A stretch of 64,000 nt of DNA, from positions 2,368,001 to 2,432,000 of the forward strand of contig CAXXLX010000001.1 of assembly GCA_963665235.2 (NCBI GenBank), read 5' to 3'. This document shows, one piece after another, positions 29,599 to 39,730 of this stretch. This stretch comes from Candidatus Poribacteria bacterium (GTDB lineage Bacteria > Poribacteria > WGA-4E > WGA-3G). Under the pieces are notes generated by a model that was not told where the DNA came from, searched no databases, and saw only the letters and a list, made by a program, of their open reading frames with translations. A program made the position numbers and the translations under genes. How positions within the stretch are numbered: position 1 is the stretch's first letter; each line of letters opens with the position of its first letter.

Positions 29599-31594
29599 AC
29601 TTCAAATAGTTGCAATCTTATTTAGTATCGGTTGTGCGGATACGTCCCAAAATGTGAGGGGTGTATGGAAAACTGTTAGAGAAGGGGATTGGAGCGCACG
29701 GCTAAACGATGTTCACTTTATTTCTGAAACGCACGGATGGGCTGTTGGAAATCCAGCGGAATTCGTCATCGGGCATGGACAGCGGACAAGTCCTACCTAT
29801 ACAGAGGGCGGCGAGAGCATCATTCTCCATACAGCAAATGGTGGACAGAAATGGAACAAACAGGACAGCGGGATTTTCGGAAAACCGTTGCGAAAAGTCT
29901 ATTTCCGCTCTAAAACCGAGGGGTGGTGTATCGGAGATGGCGGCACACTCCTTCGAACAACCGATGGCGGACAGACATGGAAACAACTCAAAACGGACAC
30001 AGAAAATAATCTCTACGACATCACTATGAATAGCAGTGGCGGTTGGATAGTTGGAGATTGGGCAACACTCCTTAGAACAACCGATGGCGGACAGACTTTT
30101 GAAAAGGTGGATGGAAGCGCGTTTGAAGAGAAATCGTTGAGAGGGGTCTATTTTGTTGACGACACCCACGGCTGGATTATCACATACAGTACGCCTCATG
30201 GCGAAGGCGACATCGGACATATCTATCGGACAACGGATGGTGGAAAAACATGGGGGCAGCAACTTGCTACAAAACCCTCACTCTTCAGTCTACACTTCAT
30301 AGATAGGTTGACAGGTTGGGTAGTCGGCGACCGGCGTAGCCTCTACGCAACAACGGATGGCGGAAAAACATGGGAATTCCTTACGCACGGCAGCGAGCAG
30401 CGCCACAAAAGTGAATACGGGCAACCGACTTACCTCGGTAAAGAGCCGTTACACACCTTTACGCTTTATGACCTTGATTTCGTCGATAAACAGCACGGCT
30501 GGATTGCGGGGGACCTGGGCGTTATCCTCTATACTAATAGTAGTGGCAAACAGTGGAAACATCAACGCGGCGGGCCCCGATTTCACAACAGTGCTGACCC
30601 TGTGCTACTCGGTATCGATTTCATATCCAAAGACTTAGGATGGGCAGTCGGAGAAGATGGCACAATTCTCCACACCCGAAACGGAGGATTAACCTGGGAA
30701 TCGCAATCGAACCCGACATATCTCCTCTTTGATGTCTATGCTGTTTCAGAGAATAAAGGGTACATTGTCGGGGATAGGGGCGCGATTCTACAAACGGATG
30801 ATGGTGGGACCACGTGGCAAGCGCAAGATAGCCGTACCCCTGAATGTTTCGGGAGCACGTACTTTGTTTCACAACAAAAAGGGTGGGCTGTCGCGGAGGC
30901 AGGTGTCATTCTGCATACAACCAATGGCGGAATCGTTTGGGAACAGCAGCCTACCGACACAAAACAGGATTTGCTCGCTGTCTTTTTTATAGATGCAGAG
31001 ACCGGCTGGTGTGCTGGGAGTGCAGGTGAAATTCTACACACTGCCGATGGCGGCAAACGGTGGATATCTCAACAGAGTGGTGTACCACATAATCTTTTTG
31101 ATATTCACTTCACCTCGAAACGTGAAGGATGGGCAACCGGAATTTTTGGCACACTGCTGCACACGGTTGATGGCGGCAAACGGTGGCAACTTTCAAAATT
31201 GAGTCAACACCTTGCAAAATTGGACAGAGGGAACAATATTTGGTTAAAGGCAGTCTATTTCGTTTCACCACAAATCGGGTGGGTCGTCGGAGAAGATGGC
31301 CTGATATTTCACACAAATGATGGCGGAAAAAGTTGGAGTCGCCAAAATAGCTACACCCAAAATTTCCTTTACGATCTGTTTTTTATCAACGAGACAGAGG
31401 GATGGGTGGTCGGAAAAAACGGGTTGGTTCTGCACACCGAGGATGGTGGCAAAAACTGGAGACCGCAGCGCACCTATACCCAAACCGATTTGACTGCTAT
31501 TCACATGAGCACACCGCACAATGGATGGGCGGTCGGTCAAGGCGGAACGATTCTGAAATATGAGGTCGTTCGTGTCAAAACGGCAACGAAATAG
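29564..31594 (+). CDS. YCF48/BNR (Asp-box) repeat beta-propeller protein
   Basis: Many repeats of GW.VG..G.ILHT.DGG..W; lipoprotein-like N-terminus; start uncertain. Confidence 0.85.
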   Translation: MSVKYFLRIIGKLQIVAILFSIGCADTSQNVRGVWKTVREGDWSARLNDVHFISETHGWAVGNPAEFVIGHGQRTSPTYTEGGESIILHTANGGQKWNKQDSGIFGKPLRKVYFRSKTEGWCIGDGGTLLRTTDGGQTWKQLKTDTENNLYDITMNSSGGWIVGDWATLLRTTDGGQTFEKVDGSAFEEKSLRGVYFVDDTHGWIITYSTPHGEGDIGHIYRTTDGGKTWGQQLATKPSLFSLHFIDRLTGWVVGDRRSLYATTDGGKTWEFLTHGSEQRHKSEYGQPTYLGKEPLHTFTLYDLDFVDKQHGWIAGDLGVILYTNSSGKQWKHQRGGPRFHNSADPVLLGIDFISKDLGWAVGEDGTILHTRNGGLTWESQSNPTYLLFDVYAVSENKGYIVGDRGAILQTDDGGTTWQAQDSRTPECFGSTYFVSQQKGWAVAEAGVILHTTNGGIVWEQQPTDTKQDLLAVFFIDAETGWCAGSAGEILHTADGGKRWISQQSGVPHNLFDIHFTSKREGWATGIFGTLLHTVDGGKRWQLSKLSQHLAKLDRGNNIWLKAVYFVSPQIGWVVGEDGLIFHTNDGGKSWSRQNSYTQNFLYDLFFINETEGWVVGKNGLVLHTEDGGKNWRPQRTYTQTDLTAIHMSTPHNGWAVGQGGTILKYEVVRVKTATK

Positions 31595-31616
31595 CAATAT
31601 AGCTAGGGGAAATCTA

Positions 31617-32360
31617 ATGACAGGTGAACAAAAATATCTATTCGACTTACAGGGGTACATCGTGTTGAAGGGTGTCGTTCCGCAACCTGTACTTGAGGCA
31701 TGCAACGTTGTCCTCGATAGGTTTGAGAATATGCCGCCCGCTGACTATCCGACACCGCTATGCCTCGGCACCGAACGCACTGAAAAAGAGCTCTACATCT
31801 CTAATATCCTGGAGGCAGATAGCGCGCTGAATCCGCTCGTTGACATTCCAGAGGTGCTCGATGTCATCCAAGGCGTGACCGGCGGCCCCTATCGGCTCAA
31901 TCACACCTATACAATTTACCGATGGGGTGGGGGTTACACCGGTTTACACATGCACGGAACGCCTATCATTCCGAAGTGTCAATATCACTGCCGAAATGGA
32001 GAGATGGTCTCAACGTTGACAAAGGCTGTTTTTCCCATGCTCGATTGTGATGTAGAAGATGGGTGTTTTGCGGTTATACCGGGGGCGCATAAAAGTAATT
32101 TTCCCAAACCGTGGGGAAGCCATCCGGACGAGAATCCGGTGCTTCAACCGATTCCAGCACAGGCTGGAGACGCTATCATCTTCACCGAAGCCCTCACCCA
32201 CGGCTCTGTCATTAATGTCTCTGGTAACCCCCGGCGGACAATCTACTACTGCTATAGCATCGGTTATATGCCTGACTGGGGTGGTCAAGGGCTGCATTTC
32301 AGTCCAAATGTTATGAATCAACTCAACGAAACGCAACAGGCAATTCTTCATCTCAAATAA
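31617..32360 (+). CDS. PhyH-family Fe/2OG enzyme with non-canonical metal motif
   Basis: YLFDLQGYIVL, GCFAVIPGAHKSNF, AGDAIIFTEALTHG, RRT. Confidence 0.8.
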   Translation: MTGEQKYLFDLQGYIVLKGVVPQPVLEACNVVLDRFENMPPADYPTPLCLGTERTEKELYISNILEADSALNPLVDIPEVLDVIQGVTGGPYRLNHTYTIYRWGGGYTGLHMHGTPIIPKCQYHCRNGEMVSTLTKAVFPMLDCDVEDGCFAVIPGAHKSNFPKPWGSHPDENPVLQPIPAQAGDAIIFTEALTHGSVINVSGNPRRTIYYCYSIGYMPDWGGQGLHFSPNVMNQLNETQQAILHLK

Positions 32361-32394
32361 CGTTACCCGCGTCTGAACTAATAGGAGAAATAAT

Positions 32395-33570
32395 TTGATT
32401 ACAATCGCTGAAAGGTTACAGAAACTTCCACCCTATCTCTTTGTAGATTTGCGTCAAAAAATGATGGCTGCCAAGGCCCAAGGCGTTGATGTTATCAGCC
32501 TCGGCATCGGAGACCCGGATTTTCCGACCCCTGATTCGGTCGTGGAAACCCTCTGCACCGCAATCCAAAGCTCGGAGGACCCGGATAGACACCGCTACGG
32601 TTGCGATAACCCTGTCGCAGATTTTCCACAGGCGGTTTCCGAGTTTTATCAACACCGGTACGGCGTTTCGCTCTCCGATGAACAGGTCGTAACAACGCTC
32701 GGCAGTAAAGATGCAATCGTCAAAATGGCATTGGGTCTTCTGAATCCGGGGGATATCGGTATCGCTGCGAGTCCGGGGTATCCTACCTATAACATCGGGC
32801 ATGTTTTCGCCTCGGCGACTACGTACTACGCGCCTTTGTTGCGGGAAAATCGGTTTTATCCGGACTTTGAGGCAATCCCGGATGAGATTAAGCGGCTTGC
32901 CAAGGTGTTCTGGATAAACTATCCAAACAACCCGACGACAGCAGTTGCTGACCTCGCCTTTTTTGAACGCGCCGTTGAATTCGGGAGACAACACGGTATT
33001 CTTATCGCACACGATAACGCCTACAGCGAAAACACCTACGATGGTTATCGGTCGCCAAGTATCCTACAGGTGGAGGGGGCTGACGAAGTGGCTGTTGAGT
33101 TCTTTTCGTTGAGTAAGGCGTTCAATATGACCGGCTGGCGGTTAGGATTTGTCGTCGGCAACCCGACAGCGGTTGAGGCTGTCAAAAAGGTTAAAGACAA
33201 TATTGATAATGGGTCGCTCCGGGCTCTTCAATTTGCGGGGGCAAAAGCACTCTCAATCGCGGATAAGCTTACGCCAGCAATCAATGCTGTTTATCAAAAA
33301 CGCAGGGATATGGTAGTAGATGCCCTTTCAGAGAGCGGATGGGCACTTGAAAAACCGAAGGCGACAATCTACGTATGGGCCCCAGTTCCTGAACGTTTCA
33401 AGGGTTCCAGTCGTGCGTTTGCAACTGCGCTCCTTGAAAAAGCGGGTGTCGTTGTAACCCCTGGGCTCGGCTACGGACAGTGGAGTGAAGGCTACTTCCG
33501 GATTTCGCTGACCTACCCTGATGAGGTTATTACTGAAGCGGTCAACAGAATTCGGTCTTTTTCGGGGTGA
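32395..33570 (+). CDS. dapL: LL-diaminopimelate aminotransferase (class I/II)
   Basis: LPPYLF, ISLGIGDPDFPTP, NYPNNPT, HDNAYSE, SLSKAFNMTGWRLG; near dapB. Confidence 0.8.
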   Translation: MITIAERLQKLPPYLFVDLRQKMMAAKAQGVDVISLGIGDPDFPTPDSVVETLCTAIQSSEDPDRHRYGCDNPVADFPQAVSEFYQHRYGVSLSDEQVVTTLGSKDAIVKMALGLLNPGDIGIAASPGYPTYNIGHVFASATTYYAPLLRENRFYPDFEAIPDEIKRLAKVFWINYPNNPTTAVADLAFFERAVEFGRQHGILIAHDNAYSENTYDGYRSPSILQVEGADEVAVEFFSLSKAFNMTGWRLGFVVGNPTAVEAVKKVKDNIDNGSLRALQFAGAKALSIADKLTPAINAVYQKRRDMVVDALSESGWALEKPKATIYVWAPVPERFKGSSRAFATALLEKAGVVVTPGLGYGQWSEGYFRISLTYPDEVITEAVNRIRSFSG

Positions 33571-33749
33571 GGTCGGTAAAGATATTCTGTCCCAACCTTG
33601 GGGACGCGCTTTGTCCGCGCGCTGCCAGGGGGACACTAACAAATTAACACGAAAAGGCGTTGACTATGTATCTGTTTGAATGCTTGTATCCGCTTCGCTG
33701 TATCGTATCAGACTTAAGCGTTTCTGGACGCATTGGAAGGATTTTCGCA

Positions 33750-36700
33750 ATGTTTTCACGGAATCTACACTTGGGGTCGCTATGCTTCGTTCTCTTTATG
33801 CTTTTGACACTTGTGCCTGTAGTGGGTGCCCAGATGCTCACCTATACTGTTGCGGATGGTCTCGTTGGTCCTGTTGTTCCTGTTATCTTTCAGGACAGCC
33901 GTGGGATTCTCTGGTTTGGCTCAGAAAGCGGTGGTGTCAGCCGTTTTGATGGGAACACCTTTTTACAGTTTCCCGACGAAAACCGTTTACTTTTCGGGAA
34001 GACGCAAGACATCGCTGAGGATAAGTGGGGGAATATCTGGTTTCTCACCAGACATGCGTCAGAAAGTGTCGGGAATGTCAGTTTATACGATTACGGTCAG
34101 CAAAAACTTCAACTCATCGGTGAAGGAAACTGCCTTGCAGTCGATGCGCAGGGGCATGTATGGGTCGGTGGCCCCGGTTCGCTGGTGCAATATACTGTCA
34201 CAAATAGGCAGGACGGACCGCGTCCACATCCTGTTAGCATAGCGGATGTTCCCGATGCAAAAATAAACGTCATCTTTCAAAGTGGGGATGGCGAGCTCTA
34301 CTTCGGCGGGAACGATGAAGTGGGGGCTCTTATTCTCAAATTTCGGAGTCCCGAGAACGCTTGGCAGCCCGTAAGTACCCAACGGATTGACACTCCTTCG
34401 AATTTACCTAACGGTCTTTCAATTAAGGCGATAACCGAAGACCCGGAAGGCAATCTCTGGTTCGGGGGCCGAGGTTTGTTGCTACGTTTCGACAAGGCAC
34501 AGCAGCAATTTCAGGAGGTGTTAGCTGGCCGAGGTAATCGGCCGAGGCCGGGGCAAGGTAACGCGTTCCGTCCGCCGGGACAGACTACGGACAGAAAAGT
34601 TTCACTCCAACTCGACAGCCAAAACAGAATCTGGTTCAGCGATAATCAGCGATTGAGATGGTGGGATGGTACACAGCTTCGCCGGCTACAAAATGTAGCC
34701 TCAGAAGTAAATCAGGGATTTTACCTACAAGGTTCATTTCAAATTGAGGATGCCTGGGGCAATCTCTGGTTTGCAAGTGAAACAGGGGCGCACCAATATG
34801 ACAAAAAACTTATCCAGTCCACCGCTGAAACCGTGTTTGAACAAGACGCACCGCCGACAGCTCCCGCTAAAATAGCACAGAAGATTTACCGCGTTGACGA
34901 TGGGCTTGGAAGCGATAACATCCAAACTATTTTTGAAGCAATGGATGGTAAAATCTGGTTCGGGCATGATAATGGTGTAACGGTGTTCGACCCGCTGCCC
35001 GCTATTGTCAATCACACAACGCGGGCGATTTTAGGCAGCAACAGCGTCCGGCTCATGTATCCAGACAGCACGGGAACACTCTGGCTCAGCATCCCTGGGG
35101 GGGTTGCACGCTATGCCCCTCAGGAGGGTAAACTTTTTCACTATGACCTCGAAGAACGCGTTGAAACAGGAAACGACGATACACCATCTCGGTTCCGTAA
35201 CAGACGTATCGAAATTAGCAAAATTTTTGAAGCGGCTGGCAATATTTGGTTCATCGGTAAACCTACACACCCGCGCGGGACTCTAGCCCATTATAGAATT
35301 TTCCGATATAGGGCAGGAAATTTTGAGCAGCTGTCGCTTAAAATTCGCACAGAAATCGGGCCTGGGGGTGAGGTGCTCCATACCAATACGGAACCGCTCA
35401 TTTCGTTGGGGACACCGCCTTGGATTTCTCTCGGCGGATGGTTATTTCTGCCGAGTCGCACCGGATTGCAATGGCTCTCTCCAACCGGAATACATACGCT
35501 CTCTTTTCAGTATCCTCATTCTCTGCCACACGCTGCCTCGACTATCACAGCACTGTACACCGACAATCAAAACCGTCTCTGGTGTTATCTAGAAACTGGG
35601 GAAGTGAAACGTTACCCGAATATCCGAAACAGGCGACGGGCCCCTAAAACCGTAATTAATCCGGAGGTTTTCCCACTCAGCTCAGTGATAGCTATCCCGA
35701 GCATGTCCGAAGGAGAAGCTGTCAAATGGTTTTTTGACACTGCCAATCAGCAACTCGTCTATTGGGATGCCGCTGCCCCTGAGCCCACTCCCACGGCACT
35801 CGAAGAGGAAACAGGTGGGCCGCCCCTACTTGCGGTGCAAACCGCGCCTGAAGCAGAAAAAAGTCAGGCAGAAGTGACAACGTTTCTTTTCAGAGATGGT
35901 ATCCGGACATACCGGGGCAATCAATTACAGCACACCGTCCCCGTTGAGATAGATGAAATCAGAGGTGCGCTTACCACAACAGCGGGCGACCTCTGGTTAG
36001 CTACCGCCCACGGTGCCCTCCGGTACGATGGCGAAACTGCCAAAATATACACAACTGCGGATGGATTCCTTGTAGATGACCTGCGAGATGTTCACGAGGA
36101 TAGCTGGGGCAACCTATGGTTCGCCACCTGGGGCGGCGGCGTTGTCCGATACAACGGTGAAACCTTTGAACCCCTCACTACCAAAGATGGGCTTGTTCAT
36201 AACAATGTCTCCAGCATCCATGAATCTGACGAAAAACATCTCTGGTTTGCTACCGAAGGCGGAGCCACGCAGTACCGGCCGGACCGGGGCGCGCTCCCAT
36301 TTTGTCGTATCGTCTCACTTGACGCGGACAAAACATACACCGAAGCCCCATATATAATACCCCCCGGACAGGATGTCACCTTCCATTTCCAAGGCAGCAG
36401 TCCGCTCCGCGATAACGTTACATATCAATTTAGACTGCTCGGTATCGACAACAGGGTCTGGACAAGTTCGTTGACAGAAGCAGGGCAACCTGAGGCCGCG
36501 GAATTTACAGGTGGTGTCGAACAACGGTTTCACCCACAACAAACTGGCGTAGAGAAAAATTTGCCACACGTTCGCTATAAGGGGTTGAAATCCGGAAATT
36601 ATGCCTTTGTCATAAAAGCGTTTCGCGACGGATGGCCCTATACACATCCGCCTGCGGTATTCAATTTCACTATCGACCAACCCTTCTGGACACTGTGGCG

Positions 36701-37559
36701 GAATTATCTCCCGACCCTCATTTTCCTTTCCGCCTTTGGTGCGCTCGTTTTTCGGTTAATTATTAACCGAAGACGCAACGCACAGCTACGGCTTGAAATA
36801 CGAGAAAGAGAGGAAGCGGAGCTGCAACGTATCCGTGATGAATTGAATGAAGCACAAAACATTCAAATGGGACTCTTACCGACCGCAACCCTTGATACAA
36901 AAGGGTTTGATGTCGCTGGCATGTCCGTACCCGCAACGCAGGTAGGCGGCGACTTTTACGACTACCTGACCGTCGCCAACGGGCAAACTGCTATCGCCGT
37001 CGCTGATGCCGCAGGAAAAGGGTTACGCGGCGCAATGAATGCTGTGCTCACAAACGGTATGCTGCACGAAGTCGCACGATTCAGAGCGGAAGCCAATGTC
37101 ATCCTCACCGAACTCAATGCAGGGTTAGCTCCCCGAATGTACGGACCCAGCTTTATCGCACTCAACCTTGCAATCCTCGATGAATCCCAAAAACAGGTCG
37201 ACTACGCAAACGGCGGGCAACCTTATCCTATTCTCAAACGCGGCGACGACATCATAGAGATAGAAAATAGCGACCTCCCCCTCGGTAGCATGAGACGGGT
37301 CAAATATGATTCCTTTACCTTTGACCTAGCTGAAGGGGACATCCTTATCTTTCATACTGACGGCCTTATTGAAGCACTTAATGCTGACGAGGATATGTAT
37401 GGCACAGAACGGCTAAAGCAAATCGTTTCCGAAATTCCGGACGACGCAAATGCTGAAGCGGTCATCGAACATATTGTTGAAGATGTACACAGCTTCGTCG
37501 GAGAAGCGGAACAGTACGATGACCTGACACTTGTCGTTATCAAACGGCTCCAAAGTTGA
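33750..37559 (+). CDS. Periplasmic beta-propeller sensor (Reg_prop/Y_Y_Y) with a TM segment and a SpoIIE/PP2C phosphatase domain
   Basis: ED..GNLWF repeats; TM at about 36700; VGGDFYD, AVADAAGKG, HTDGLIEA, DDLTLV. Confidence 0.88.
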   Translation: MFSRNLHLGSLCFVLFMLLTLVPVVGAQMLTYTVADGLVGPVVPVIFQDSRGILWFGSESGGVSRFDGNTFLQFPDENRLLFGKTQDIAEDKWGNIWFLTRHASESVGNVSLYDYGQQKLQLIGEGNCLAVDAQGHVWVGGPGSLVQYTVTNRQDGPRPHPVSIADVPDAKINVIFQSGDGELYFGGNDEVGALILKFRSPENAWQPVSTQRIDTPSNLPNGLSIKAITEDPEGNLWFGGRGLLLRFDKAQQQFQEVLAGRGNRPRPGQGNAFRPPGQTTDRKVSLQLDSQNRIWFSDNQRLRWWDGTQLRRLQNVASEVNQGFYLQGSFQIEDAWGNLWFASETGAHQYDKKLIQSTAETVFEQDAPPTAPAKIAQKIYRVDDGLGSDNIQTIFEAMDGKIWFGHDNGVTVFDPLPAIVNHTTRAILGSNSVRLMYPDSTGTLWLSIPGGVARYAPQEGKLFHYDLEERVETGNDDTPSRFRNRRIEISKIFEAAGNIWFIGKPTHPRGTLAHYRIFRYRAGNFEQLSLKIRTEIGPGGEVLHTNTEPLISLGTPPWISLGGWLFLPSRTGLQWLSPTGIHTLSFQYPHSLPHAASTITALYTDNQNRLWCYLETGEVKRYPNIRNRRRAPKTVINPEVFPLSSVIAIPSMSEGEAVKWFFDTANQQLVYWDAAAPEPTPTALEEETGGPPLLAVQTAPEAEKSQAEVTTFLFRDGIRTYRGNQLQHTVPVEIDEIRGALTTTAGDLWLATAHGALRYDGETAKIYTTADGFLVDDLRDVHEDSWGNLWFATWGGGVVRYNGETFEPLTTKDGLVHNNVSSIHESDEKHLWFATEGGATQYRPDRGALPFCRIVSLDADKTYTEAPYIIPPGQDVTFHFQGSSPLRDNVTYQFRLLGIDNRVWTSSLTEAGQPEAAEFTGGVEQRFHPQQTGVEKNLPHVRYKGLKSGNYAFVIKAFRDGWPYTHPPAVFNFTIDQPFWTLWRNYLPTLIFLSAFGALVFRLIINRRRNAQLRLEIREREEAELQRIRDELNEAQNIQMGLLPTATLDTKGFDVAGMSVPATQVGGDFYDYLTVANGQTAIAVADAAGKGLRGAMNAVLTNGMLHEVARFRAEANVILTELNAGLAPRMYGPSFIALNLAILDESQKQVDYANGGQPYPILKRGDDIIEIENSDLPLGSMRRVKYDSFTFDLAEGDILIFHTDGLIEALNADEDMYGTERLKQIVSEIPDDANAEAVIEHIVEDVHSFVGEAEQYDDLTLVVIKRLQS

Positions 37560-37609
37560 AATGATCGGTGTCAATTGCTAAACTATCGGCGCATGAGGCG
37601 GAAATAAAC

Positions 37610-39217
37610 ATGCACGGTCTCATGATGAACTATCCATTGACAATCGCGCAGATTTTAGAGCATGCACGCCAAATCCATGGAGACAAGCAGGTTCACACGC
37701 TTTTGCCTGATAAAAGTCTGCATAGCTATCGTTACACTGAACTTTACGAACGCGTCAAACGACTCGCGAACGTCCTCATCGGATTCGGCATACAGCCCGC
37801 TGACAGGGTCGCAACTTATGCAGCTAACACGTATCAACATCTAGAGCTCTACTACGCCATTCCGTGCATCGGTGCAATCCTTCATCCGCTTAACGTCCGC
37901 CTCTCTCCCTCTCAACTTGCACATATTGTGCGGGAGGCAGAAGATAAACTCGTCTTTGTTGATGGAGAGTTCGCAGAGCAGTTTGCAGAGCTACAGCAGC
38001 AAATTGACTGCAAACACACGATTCTCTGGAACACAGACGCAACTACAGCACAAGTTGAATATGAACGGTGCATTGCGGAAGCGGACAGCACCTATACTTG
38101 GAATATCCAAGACGAAAATTGTGCGATGGGGCTCTGCTATACCAGCGGGACAAGTGGAGACCCCCGGGGAGTCCTTTACACACACCGCTCTACGTTTCTC
38201 CACACACTGGCGGTCAATCAAGCAGATGTGTTTGGTTTAACTGAGGCGGATGTTGTGATGCCTGTTGTTCCGATGTTCCACGCAATGGGATGGGGGCTGC
38301 CTTACGCATGTCTATTTTCAGGGACAGATATGGTATTACCGGGCACCAACCCTACGCACCTCGCAGCCCTTATTGCCGAAACAGGGGTCACCGTCGCTGC
38401 GGGGGTTCCCACGGTCTGGTCGAAACTTTTACCCGAATTGCGGGAGATGGCGCAGGATATTTCTGCACTGAAACGAATCATAGTTGGCGGTGAAGCAATG
38501 CCCCCCACCCTCATTGAAGCTTACGAAACAGAACTCGGCGTTGAAGTCCGCCACGCCTGGGGGATGACTGAGATGTCCCCTACAGGCACGGTCTCTACAC
38601 TCCGTAGAGCACACAGCAATCTGCCCCACGCTGAAAAATGGAAGGTAAAGGCGATGCAGGGCAGACCGATTCCGGGGGTGCAAATACGACTTGCAACCGA
38701 AACCGGGGTTCAACTTCCCTGGGACGGGAACACAAGTGGCGAGGTCCAGGTAAGAGGTCCTTGGACAGCGCGATGCTATTACAAACGCGAACCGACAGCA
38801 GAGAATTTTACTGCCGATGGATGGCTACGCACAGGCGATATCGCCACTATCAACCCAGAAGGTTATATGCAAATTGTGGACCGCGCAAAAGCACTTATCC
38901 GGAGCGGCGGAGAATCTATCTCCAGCATCGCACTAGAGGCGCGGTTGATGAAACACCCGCAGGTTGTTGACGCAGCGGTTATCGGCGTACCTGACGAAAA
39001 GTGGGGAGAACGGCCGCTTGCTATCGTTGTCCTGACACAACAGGCAACCGAGGACACGCCCGCTATGCTGAACGAACACCTCGCCGCCGAGTTTCCGAAA
39101 TTCTGGCTCCCTGACACGTTTGTATTTACGGATGAAATCCCGAAAACGAGCGTCGGAAAATCGGATAAACGCGCGATGGTTCATCAATTCGCATCTACAG
39201 ATAGTGAGGGTGTGTAA
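37610..39217 (+). CDS. Fatty-acid--CoA ligase (AMP-binding; AlkK/DmdB-like)
   Basis: CYTSGTSGDPRG, PMFHAMGWGLPY, AWGMTE, GWLRTGD, IRSGGE, KTSVGK. Confidence 0.88.
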   Translation: MHGLMMNYPLTIAQILEHARQIHGDKQVHTLLPDKSLHSYRYTELYERVKRLANVLIGFGIQPADRVATYAANTYQHLELYYAIPCIGAILHPLNVRLSPSQLAHIVREAEDKLVFVDGEFAEQFAELQQQIDCKHTILWNTDATTAQVEYERCIAEADSTYTWNIQDENCAMGLCYTSGTSGDPRGVLYTHRSTFLHTLAVNQADVFGLTEADVVMPVVPMFHAMGWGLPYACLFSGTDMVLPGTNPTHLAALIAETGVTVAAGVPTVWSKLLPELREMAQDISALKRIIVGGEAMPPTLIEAYETELGVEVRHAWGMTEMSPTGTVSTLRRAHSNLPHAEKWKVKAMQGRPIPGVQIRLATETGVQLPWDGNTSGEVQVRGPWTARCYYKREPTAENFTADGWLRTGDIATINPEGYMQIVDRAKALIRSGGESISSIALEARLMKHPQVVDAAVIGVPDEKWGERPLAIVVLTQQATEDTPAMLNEHLAAEFPKFWLPDTFVFTDEIPKTSVGKSDKRAMVHQFASTDSEGV

Positions 39218-39243
39218 AGTTTTTGTACAAGTTGTTCAGTATT

Positions 39244-39332
39244 AGCCCAGTATGGGCGATATGTTTATAGAAGCCGAGACCACCCGCACACCTTATCCCA
39301 TCGGGACGATATGTTTATAGAAGCCGAGACCG
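39244..39332. repeat. Pair of GGGACGATATGTTTATAG-family repeats
   Basis: Two direct copies 51 bp apart sharing CGATATGTTTATAGAAGCCGAGACC. Confidence 0.8.
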
Positions 39333-39577
39333 CCTCTCCACTATATTTCTGGTTTCCCAAATTGCCAATCGCCAATCGCTAATTCGGCTATTGGCTGTTG
39401 GAAACCTATGGAAACCATTAGCAAGAAGGTTGTGATGCTAAGCATATCTTTGTCGCGCGTCAAAACCCTCTTCCTCTTTGTTTTCTTTCTCTTGCTAATT
39501 GCTAATTGCCAGCGTTGCCAATAAGCTAATTGCCAATGATATTTTTTATGAAGAAAAATCAAACCGTTCGCAACTAA

Positions 39578-39650
39578 TACCATTTCTAATTGAAAATATC
39601 TCTTTATTGTAGCATAAACTTTTAGTTTGTGCGCTTTATTGTAGCATACA
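39578..39650. mobile_element. MITE family A partial copy (inverted)
   Basis: TAA|TACCATTTCTAATTGAAAAT followed by GTAGCATAAACT hairpins. Confidence 0.65.
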
Positions 39651-39730
39651 TGTTATGTTATAAAAACACCCCTAAAATTACGCGAACAGTACAACCCTTT
39701 ACTTATCTCCATCAGGAGTCGAACTCCCTT

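Noticed and set aside
39244-39332. Repeat-spacer-repeat resembling a mini-CRISPR
   Set aside because: Only two degenerate units; the same motif is dispersed elsewhere as a REP-like family
39340-39540. 80-aa ORF 39341-39583
   Set aside because: Built from degenerate heptamer repeats (AATTGCC/AATCGCC-like) and a MITE end
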